Shown here piece after piece: positions 53,572-64,000 of a stretch of DNA of 64,000 nt. Each line of letters starts with the position of its first letter. The first letter of the stretch is position 1. The stretch is from Octopus vulgaris (lineage: Eukaryota): contig OX597819.1 in the NCBI GenBank assembly GCA_951406725.2, forward strand, positions 108,190,001-108,254,000, given 5' to 3'. The translations under genes were made by a program, and so were the position numbers. The notes under the pieces were generated by a model, which saw only the letters and a list, made by a program, of their open reading frames with translations, was not told where the DNA came from and did no database searches.

Positions 53572-55440
53572 TATACATATATACATACATGCACACACAC
53601 ACACACTCACACATTTTTATATCTATATATCTACACACACATAAACACACATGTCTATAAATGTTTTTTTTCACTGAAATCTTGTAGGTAGAATTTTGGA
53701 AACTTGCCCAAAAGACATATCAAGTACTCATCTTTTTAATGAAGATGATAATGGTGATGTTAACGATGATGGTTATGTTTTCCTAATGTTGCTGCTGCTG
53801 ATGATGAAGTATTCTTAATGTTGTTACATAGGAAATAGTGCAGAACTAGCAGAAAAAAAAAACAGAATATAGCTGATAATTACAAAAAATAAAAAAAAGG
53901 CCTACCTCAACACGCAGACACACACACACGACCCTTTCTATGAAATTATGCCTATAGAAGCCTTTCTTGACTGCTTCAAACAAGGATTATACAAATCAGT
54001 GACAGAATAGTGTATCAAACATAATGCCCTGCAGTATTTGTTCCAGCTTTTTATATTCTGAGTTTAAATCCTGCTTTTCATCCTTCAGGAGATTAATAAA
54101 ATTCCAGTAAAGTACTTCCACGTAGAGGCATGATCGTAAGATTGTGGTTTTGATTCCTGGACCGGGAGACGTGTTGTGTTCTTGAGCAAAACACTTCACG
54201 TTGCTCCAGTCCACTCAGCTGGCAAAAATGAGTAACACTGCGATAGACTGGCGTCCCGTCCAGCTGAGGAACACATACACCATAGAAACGGGGAAACCGG
54301 GCCCATGAGCCTGGCTAGGCTTTAAAAGGGCGCATTTATTATTTTAAAGTACTTCCATCAAAAACTGAGGTTTGGTGTCCCTATTTATGTATTAAATCAT
54401 TATTATTAACAATTTATTACTATTTGCTCTCTCTCTCTCTCTTTCACCATCTCTCTCTCACCAACTTCAAGTACTTCTTTCTTTCTTGCTGTTTTCCCAT
54501 TGCATCACTCATGTTGCATTCCTGATAAACTGATTAACCTCCATACCCCAACATGTTGTTGCCTATGTAACATGTACTCCCCCCCTAGCACCACCTTGCC
54601 ACTATGTTTTTCCCTCATACACTTTCTCCTTCAACCTCTTGCCCTGGTTGCTCTGTCATTGCACTCTCTTCTGCTCACACTTCTAGTCGTTTGCCTTGAA
54701 CAAGCAGAGACAATTAACAGCTGTGAGAATTCAATATTCTCATGGGGAGGCAAGGCAATTTCTCTTGCACTGGTACCACAATAACATGTATCCAGTGGGC
54801 TGAGAGAAATGGTTGGCAAACAAACAGAGGCAATTTAGAGTCAAGATGACTCTTTGGTCCAGGCAAAAATATGACAATGTTTCTAGAGTAGGTGCCATGA
54901 TAAAATGTATTAAGAATACTCTGTGAAACAGTTGGTGACAAGAAGAATATCTAACCATAGAAATCATACCAAAAAACAGAAGGTATGAGCAAGGTATGGC
55001 TCCCAATCTGGCAAGGAAGATAGTAACTCCAAATAAGAACTGACTCAGATTGTGACAACTCATGTAACCATGCTGGCATGGAAAGTAGGCATAAAAAATT
55101 GATGATGATGAGATACACACACACACACACGTGTGTGTGTGTGTGTGGATTCCTACGAAAGAACATCAATGATTCCCTTCTTAATACCAACCACTTTACA
55201 GAGTGAGCTGGGTGCTTTTTATGTACTACTTGCACAAGCACACCTTTCTGTGGCACTGGCATGAGTGTATTTTACATGGCACTGCAACTGATTATTGTCA
55301 TCAGAAAATAAGTGAGTCTCAAACTCTTACATTTCAAATAAATTTAAAAATTATTCTGTGTTGTACTTATCTAGCAAATAACATCATCTGAGACTGTTGA
55401 AACTGAGGCAATTATGTAAGGGAAAAGTCATTCTAACCAT

Positions 55441-55649
55441 TTAATAACACAAAAACTGTTAAATTCACTTTAATTTGTATCAAAATGTTCACATTTTCTT
55501 TGCACAAGTGTGACCTACTCACTGACATTGTTCCACTGAGTTACAGTGGAACTGTGTCAGTGACCAGACTGCAGTTGTGCAAAGGAAATTTTGACACCTT
55601 ATGAAATGAATTAAAAATGAATTTCCCACTTTTTTTCATGTGTTATTAA
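55441..55649. mobile_element. Foldback MITE-like hairpin element
   Basis: Nested complementary blocks: ttaataacac/gtgttattaa, ctttgcacaa/ttgtgcaaag, and cactgaca..gttccactg-agtta-cagtggaac..tgtcagtg. Confidence 0.75.
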
Positions 55650-57259
55650 AGTTATTTGCATATTAAAATCAAAGCTCTGAATATTGTTATCAAAATATTC
55701 AAATAAAATGCTACAATTACAACTACTACTTATGTGTCATTACATATGGAGATCAAATGCAAAGATCAGAACAAAAACATGCTAATGATGGAGAAGTTGT
55801 AAGTTAATGGAGATAGTGATGGATGATAGCTGTGACAGTTACGGTGGTAGTGGTGGTGATGGAATTGTATGGTGGTGCTGGAAGTAGAGGTAATGATTTG
55901 GTTTGTTGGTCAGTGTGGCTAGTGGTATAAAGCAATTATGTTGTGCACGTCCATACATGCAGAGAGGTAGCCATTTATTATAAATGTAGATAATGTCTTC
56001 AAACGGTTATTGTTATCAAAATTAGTGGGTCTCAAACTAATTTTAAATGAATTTAAAAAATTATCCACTTCTCAAAGCTCTGAAAAATATTTTTAAGTAG
56101 ACCATTATGCTGCTGATACTACTACTACTACTACTACATCTACTACTGCTGCTGCTGCTACTACTGCTACTACTATTACTACTTAATGCAGTACATATAA
56201 AGATCAAAAACAAAGATCTAAAGAAAAGTGGGCTAGCTCTACATGTTGTATGGTGATGGTGGTGAAATGGCAATTGAGATGATGATGGTGGTAGAAATGG
56301 TGGTGGTAAAATCATGCTGGTACTGGGAATATAGATACTGGTGTGCTAAATTGGACAGTGTAACTGTTGGTATTGGTGTATATGCACATACACACACACA
56401 GACACACGCATAGGAGAGAGAGAGACAAACACATTTAAAACCACCACCGCTACCGCTGCCGCCGCCACCACCTCCACCACCACCACCACCACCACCACCA
56501 CCATTATCATCTAGTGCCTGTTTTCCATGCTAACATAGGTTATATGGTTAAGCCAGAGAGCTGCACCAGGCTTCAGTCATCTGTTTTGGCTTGGTTTCAA
56601 TGGCTGGATACCCTTCCTAACACCAATCACTTCACAGAGTGTACCCGGGTGCCTTTAGCATGTTACCAGCAAGGGTGCCTTTAATGTGTCACCAGCATAG
56701 GTGCATTTAATGTGTCACTGGCACAGATGCCTTCAACATGTCACTGGCACAGGTGCCTTTAACATGTCACCGGAACAGGTGCCTTTTACACATCACCAGT
56801 ACTGGCCATGATACGATTCCACTAAGCTTGATAAGTCTTCTCAAGCACAGCAAATTGCCAACAGTCTTGATCACTTGTCATCACCTCTACGAGACTCAGC
56901 ATCTAAAGATCATATTTCACCACCTCCTCCATGTCTTCCTGGGTCTACCTCTTCCACCATGGGAAATAATATCTAATTTGGCACTATTTTAGGAAATGGG
57001 TTAATTGATAAAAATTATTCAGGCCCAGTAGTTGACCCTGGAAGGATAAAAGACAAAGTTGATCTCGGTAGGATCTGAACTCAGAATGTAACAAAAACAA
57101 ACAAAAGAAACAAGCTGGAACAAAAACAACAAGGCATTTGTCCAATATTCTAGTGATTCAGCCAATCCACCACCATCATAATGATTATGAACTTAATGAT
57201 TCTGGATAATGTTATCAAACAGTTATTGTTACTAAAATTAAATAAATTCTATATGTAAA

Positions 57260-57632
57260 TCATCATCATCATCATCATCATTTAGCGTCCGTTTTCCATG
57301 CTAGCATGGGTTGGACGGTTCTACTGGGGTCTGTGAAGCCAGAAGGCTTCATCAGGCCCAGTCAAATCTGGCAGTGTTTCTACGGCTGGATGCCCTTCCT
57401 AACGCCAACCACTCCGTGAGTGTAGTGGGTGCTTTTTACGTGCCACCCGCACTGGTACCAGACAGAGCTGGCAAACGGCCACGAACGGATGGTGCTTTTT
57501 ATGTGCCACCGGCACGAGGGCCAGGCGAGGCTGGCAATGGACACGAAATGGGGCGGTGCTGGCAACGGTCGCGAAACGGAAAGTTCTCTTACATGCCACC
57601 GGCACTGGTAACACATCTGCAATTTCCATGGA
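57260..57632 (-). mobile_element. RTE 3'UTR-derived element, CpG-rich and young
   Basis: Same family as 3258-3600. Confidence 0.82.
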
Positions 57633-58196
57633 TTAAAAATTATCCTCATATTGGAATCAACAGTCTAGATATTTGTTATATCCTGTGTTTAGCGTTATCA
57701 ACCAGTTAATGTTAATAAAATGGCCTTGTTCCAAACAAGGCACAAGTAGTTTCCAGTTTACATATAAATATATATCCACAAATACACATTTCTTCATGAT
57801 TTTTCCAAGTTTCAATTCTGTTTCCCACACTCTTCCTCCAATATTTCCCAGATTGCAGTCATACAACATATACCTATGCAAATGATAACTCTCTTTGCTC
57901 TCCTTAGCCTTCCACATACACAGTTGTCATCCATACACAATCTATCATGTGACATCAAGAAAAGGAGTCAGAAACACTCATGCACATATACACCTATGCA
58001 CACACACAATTATACATATACATATATATGCTGGACTTCTTTCATTTTCCTTCAGCCAGATACATGCACAAGATTTTGATCAGCCCAGGCTATAGTAGAA
58101 GAAATATGAACACAACACAGGTCTCAAAGAAATCCTTCAATGGAAACCTGATACCTTAATCTTATTCAACAGCCGAAAAGATTTAGCCATTACACA

Positions 58197-58611
58197 CAGC
58201 ACTGGGTTAACCATTAAGCAAAATAAGCATATGCTTAGGGCATCAAGGGAAGCAGGGAGCACTACAGAGACGGTAAATGACTTACAGCAAAAAAGAAATC
58301 GCATTAAACTTGCTAAAATAATATTCGAACTGGTTTATATGATTGGAAATATAGTTTTGAAGTGTTCATGGCGTCATAATGAGGATCTGATCAAAGATTT
58401 TTCAATTTTAAAAAATATAGGAGAAAACTTTTCAAATATAAATAATGTGGAAGTATACAAAAATAAACATTATTTTCCATCTTATTTTTAACTTTGTTTC
58501 ATTTAGAACAATGAACATTTATTGTATGGTTTATACTTTGAATTACTTATATATGGGAGCATCAAAATTTGTTAAGTGCTTAGGGCCTCTATGGGTCTTA
58601 TTCTGGCCCTG
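58197..58611. mobile_element. hAT-type MITE
   Basis: Ends are cagcactgggttaa and ttattctggccctg. TSD attacaca/attacata matches at 7 of 8 positions. Subterminal tgcttagggc repeats. Confidence 0.7.
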
Positions 58612-58641
58612 ATTACATATATCAATGAAATAGAACATATA

Positions 58642-58787
58642 TACAGTAATGCTTCAATACGTGAGTTAATTTGTTCCCCGGAGACTGCTCGCAAAGCAAA
58701 AGCTCATAAACAGAAAATAAAACTCATAAAAGCTCATAAACCTAGGGCCTCATAAAGCAGGTCCTTGTAAAGAGAGGTATTATTGTA
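58642..58787. mobile_element. Tigger/pogo-like MITE remnant
   Basis: TA-cagtaatgcttc ... gaggtattattg-TA, with internal ctcataaa repeats. Confidence 0.45.
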
Positions 58788-59984
58788 TACACCTCACACT
58801 TTCTAGCCATCAAAATAATAAAAACTCATCTTTCAAAGTTGAAATGTACAGTGTTATAATTTTTGATAGTCATCCCATAGCCACCCCATATATATAATAT
58901 TGACGAAATTGCATCATAAAGACTGGAACTTTCAGCTTTAATTAATTGCTAATCTTTTATGATGTTCAAGTAAAACCTACAATGAAACACTGTTCACATA
59001 TTCGAGACAGTTCTCCTTTTACACACACTTGACAAAGGGGTGTCAGCTGTGGTATTTACCAGGATGCTCATCATTATTTTAAAAGATAAAAGGGTTATAT
59101 CAAATCACAGAGAATACAATTCCCTATCATAAATGGTATAGTTGCATATTTGCATGTATCACTGAGTTGGCTAATATATGTGTTTTCTAACCATGTGGTC
59201 TTAGGTTCATTTCTAGTGCACAGCAACTTGGGCAAGTATCTTCTACTACAATCCCAGGTAACCACAGCCTTGTGAGTAGACTAGGTAGAAGGAAACTAAA
59301 AGAAATTTCTCTGTGTGTGTGTGTGTGTGTGTGTGTTTGTATGTGTGTACACACACAACAATGTGTGTATGTGAGCATGCACACATGGCTATGTGTGTGT
59401 AACTTTGTTTAGGATCATGGGATAGTTGTAAACAAGCATCACCATCATACAAGCAATATTGTTTGTTCCTAGTCTTCCATGGGGAAATATAACCTTGCTT
59501 GGATACAAGTGAGGGTTGGTAACAGGAAGAGCATCCTACTGTAGAAAATTAACAAATTCCATCTGTCCCATGTAGGCATGGAAAAGTGGACATTAAATTA
59601 TGAAGATGATGATAACACCAATGATAATAACGACAATGACGATGACAACAACAAGAAGGAGGAGGAGAACAATGCTGCAATATTTTTAACTATGTTACCA
59701 GGGGGCCTGACTTAACAAGCAAAAATTCTAGATCAGATTATATCTAAAAGAACATCACATGATTGATTAGTACTGATTGACTCACCAACACACAACTACT
59801 GACTCACAGAAAAGCTGTCTCTTCCTTCTGTTGCTTTTATTGCCACTACTGCTACAATGGCCTCTGTATTAGCTAGCTACATAATTGCACCATGGAGGCC
59901 CAATCAGCAAAGTCTTCTAGTCTCTCAGCAGGCACTCAACCTGCTAAAAATAGCAACCAAACCTCTTTCAAATTACATACTAGT

Positions 59985-60213
59985 GCGTTGAGCTGGCAGA
60001 AACGTTAGCACGCCAGGCGAAATGCATAGCTGTATTTCGTCTGCCGTTACGTTCTGAGTTCAAATTCCGCCGAGGTTGACTTTGCCTTTCATCTTTTTGG
60101 GGTTGATAAATAAAGTACCAGTTATGCACTGGGGTCAATGTAATCGACTTAATCCCTTTGTCTGTCCTTGTTTGTCCCCTCTATGTTTAGCCCCTTGTGG
60201 GCAGTAAAGAAAT
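59985..60213 (+). mobile_element. Family B SINE, near full length
   Basis: Reverse complement of 32496-32725. Confidence 0.85.
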
Positions 60214-60797
60214 ATATATACTTTGGTCATGGATGCACCATCATCATTGTCATTATTTGACATCCACTTTCAATGCTGGCATAGATTGGATGGATTGTCA
60301 TAGCCCAAGTTAGTTCTTGTTATAAATGTGTTACTATCCTCCTAAACAGGCAGGGGAATAATAACACACTATTTAAAAATTTTTTTAAAAATGGGATGGT
60401 GATAACTGGACTGCCTTTGACCAGGGTTCTGCTCCCCCAGAAGCTGACTTGGGAAAACAACACCAACCAACTCTAATTTTCCTCTTGCCATCCCTATTGT
60501 TTCTTACTTTCAAAATTCAGTTGTAGACATCTCACCCTACTTTCTTCCTCTTGGAACTCCTTTATTTCTGCTTATCTTATATTTTCAGGCATCAGTTTGT
60601 TGAGGCAGACTTTCTATAGCCAGATGTTCATCCTGTCACCAATCTTCACGTCTTTCTAAGCAAAGTAATATTTCTCCCCTGACCAGACATATTTTCATGG
60701 AAGATCAAAAATGAAGGATATCATCTGCATGACAGCAACATAAATTTACAACCATTACATGATATCAAGACAAGGAAACACTAACACACATGAACAC

Positions 60798-60832
<35 letters not shown>

Positions 60833-61398
60833 GCCACTAACTGCATCAATATCATCAGACTGGGAAGACCAACAAAGGTTATGGGCATTACACCTACATT
60901 GACTAACATAAAAAATAACTATATGTACATGTGAACACACACCTACATTTATACAAACAGATAAATATACATTCACTTATATACACAAGCAGACATAAAT
61001 GCACTCATATGCATACATAAATTCATATACATACCTAAATATTGATACAAACAGTCATAAATTAATGCAAATACATACAGTGGTGGTGCTTGTGGTTGTT
61101 TAGGCCTGAGGTCACCTCTGACTGGGTGAATCCACACAAATGCACTCATGGACATCTAACTTTGCAGACACACACACATACACACACACAGATATGTTAA
61201 CACATATGCATATAGTGGTTGTTGTTTGTATGGCTGTGTGGTTAAGAAGTTCATTTGCCAGTGGTGTGGTTTCAGGTTCAATCCCAATGCATGGCACCTT
61301 GGGTAGGTGTTTTTTTCAACTATAGCTCCAGACTGACTAAAAGCCTATGAATAGATCTAGTAGACCTAAACTGAAAAAATGCCAAGCATATATGTGTA

Positions 61399-61433
<35 letters not shown>

Positions 61434-61439
<6 letters not shown>

Positions 61440-61562
61440 TATATAGAAGGAGCTTCTACAGGACTAGAACTGTTTCATTCAAGAGAAATCTTCAAGTTTC
61501 CTGAAGATTTCTCTTGAATGAAACAGTTCTAGTCCTGTAGAAGCTCCTTCTATATAATAAAT
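61434..61562. repeat. Perfect inverted repeat, 61-bp arms with a 7-nt spacer, inside a (TA)n-flanked unit of about 61434-61630
   Basis: 61434-61494 is the exact reverse complement of 61502-61562. Confidence 0.95.
61495..61545 (+). ncRNA. Type I hammerhead ribozyme with intact core
   Basis: Stem I AGUUUC/GAAGCU. Core CUGAAGA at 61501-61507. Stem II UUC-UCUU-GAA with a U.U closing pair. GAAA at 61520-61523. Stem III ACAG/CUGU with an 8-nt loop. GUA cleavage triplet ending at 61539. Confidence 0.75.
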
Positions 61563-61628
61563 TTATTTTACTCTGCTATGTATTGAGTACCTTATTTACT
61601 GTGGTTAACCCCGAATCAACCCGGGACC

Positions 61629-61677
<49 letters not shown>

Positions 61678-63394
61678 ATAATATTAGGGAGTATAGCTCC
61701 AAACTTATAGGGAAAAATTCAATTTAGTATTAAATCAAATTTCACAGTATAAATATATAAAATATGAATTAGAGATAAAACCACTATTATGCAACTCAAA
61801 CAGGGATAGACATAAACCAATACATAAATGTGTGGGTGGTTAAAAAGCTTGCTTCCCAACCACATGGTTCCAGGTTCAGTCCCACTCACAAGGCTTTGGT
61901 CAGCCTGGGGTTATAGTAGAAGACTCTTGCCCAAGGTGCCATGCAGTGGGACTGAACCTGGAACCATGTGGTTGAGAAGAAAGCTTCTTTACCACACAGC
62001 CACTCCAGTGCCTATATATATATAAAAATTAACATATTATGTGAATTGTAGAAGTTTAACCAATTTATTGCATATAAACTTCAACAACAAAATCTTAAAT
62101 GGACCCTCAAGGGTCATGTGGACCCCAGCTGAGAACAACTATAGACTGTAGACTGTACAATTAAGTTTTGGCGCAACTGGCATCCCTGAAGAATTTTCTT
62201 TCCTCAGTCATTCTATACAGGATGTATGTTGTAAATGTGTGTATGTATTTATGACGTGTATATAGTTTCTACTGTAATGTGTGTGGGTTATTTATTGGTG
62301 ATGGTGGGGAGTATCTGTGCTTGTGTGATAAGAAATGCAACCACTTGTGTCATTAAGGTAATTAGTGCCATTAGCTGATAATGATGATGTCAGACATAGA
62401 AGCTGGTTGTTCTCTATGGACTACACTACCACCACCACACTGCTGCCGTCGTCACTGTCATCACTGCCTCTGCCACCGGCACTTCTGCTAACCACTATCA
62501 TCAACACTATCTTTACTACCACCACTGCCATGACCATCACTAGCACAACAGACAGACAGCTGGTCTTTTGAACAAGGTGTCATCATTATCATTGTCAACA
62601 TTATGGCTGTCTTCCTCCTCCTCCTCCTCCTCCTCCTCTTCCCTACCATCATCACCACCATTGCCACCACCACCATCACCGCCGCCACCACCACCACTTC
62701 CATCACCACTATCATCAAGGCTCCCAAGTCAACCCCCAACTGTGTTTCCCTCCTTTCATGCACTGTCTATTTCCTAACTGGCACTGGACGATCTTATAGA
62801 TTTCACCTGTAATGCTCAGAAGGTCCATGAAAGAGATATCCCATACATACTTGATGAGACCTCCTATTTAGTTGTGGCACTCCATGTTCTGGAATACCTT
62901 TGATCATATCAGAATTTGATATAACAGGGTTGGCCTAGGGCTAAACAACAATAACACCATCATTATCACCATTCAGGAGGTGTACAGAGATTTTGTGAAG
63001 TTGATTATCTTTAATTTCATGAAGAAATTGTAACTCGCTCTACTAGAACTGAACAAATGTGTCTGTGTGTATGTGTGTCTCTATATGGCATGTATGTGTG
63101 TGTGTGTATGTGATGTATGGTGTGAGTGGCATGTGTATGTCTGTGTATAGCATGTGTGGTGTGTGTGGGATGTGTGTGTGTGCGTGCATATAAGTGTATG
63201 TGAAGATGTGTGTGAGCATGCATGTTTGAAGACGTATGTCTGATGATGATGATGATGATGATGTGTGTGTGTGTGTGATATGCAATGTGCATCAGAAATT
63301 ATGTGTGTGTGTGTGTGTGTGTATGGCAGATCTGCTCTAAAGATATATGTATGTGTGAGAAGATATATGCTTGTGTATCTCTGGTTATATATGT

Positions 63395-63436
<42 letters not shown>

Positions 63437-64000
63437 CATATACATATATCTAAATATGAGTGAGTGTGTCCCCCAAAATGAATCTGTGTGTGAATGTGTG
63501 CCGGAACATATAGTTGTCAGTACCAGAACTGACATTAATATTCATATGGTGATTGTCTTGAACATGGTTGAATGAAGTCTTCCACTATTTATCAATCACT
63601 CTCCATCCCTCACACATGTCCACACACACACATACCCTCTCTTTCTTTCCTTCTCTTTATTTTTCTCTTTCTGTTTCCTTCTCTCTTTCTTTCTCTCACA
63701 CACCTTGAAGTAGGTATAAAATATTCTCTCTCTGTACATACATGCTTACAGACACACACTGAAGCAAGTGTAAAATCTGTTCTATGATTTTGCTCTTCTT
63801 CCCCAACACCTGCCTCTCTTTCACTTATTTTTGCACTTACTCATACAGACACAACACACTAAAGCATGTGCACTATTAGAGTAGTTAGACAATAATAATA
63901 AAACAGCTACGGCCAGTATATTGCAAGATAACAATACATTTGATAGCTTAAAAATGTGTAGGTGCCACACCCGATAGTGAAGTAGCAAGCAGGTATAAGA

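Noticed and set aside
56640-56810. Regularly spaced ggtgcctttaa..tgtcacc repeats resembling a CRISPR array (also at 10215-10310 and 51340-51460)
   Set aside because: These are tandem subrepeats of about 22 bp in the RTE 3'UTR. There are no unique spacers or cas genes, and the context is eukaryotic.

Overview
This is AT-rich, microsatellite-dense animal genomic DNA. The repeat families look like those of coleoid cephalopods (Octopus); that is an inference from recognition, not a search. The only protein-coding gene I can support is a TMEM132-family gene on the minus strand. Two exons are visible: an 859-bp exon at 10630-11488 and a 150-bp exon at 2503-2652. They have canonical AG/GT ends and splice in frame (...VQVFVIR|ARTRNGLRILG...). 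The signal-peptide exon was not found, so 11.5-64 kb is probably one large first intron or 5' flank. The rest is transposon-derived: Dong/R4-like, RTE and CR1-like LINE remnants, tRNA-derived SINEs, hAT, mariner and piggyBac-type MITEs, and a possible Helitron. Nearly all short ORFs in the track are microsatellite artefacts. The most unusual signal is about seven type-I hammerhead ribozyme motifs of Penelope-like-element style in short non-coding units, mostly lodged in (TA)n tracts. Two have intact cores, and two lie in inverted duplications. There are also several perfect 20-61 bp palindromes. Repeat boundaries are read by eye and are approximate unless a target-site duplication (TSD) or terminal inverted repeat (TIR) is quoted.
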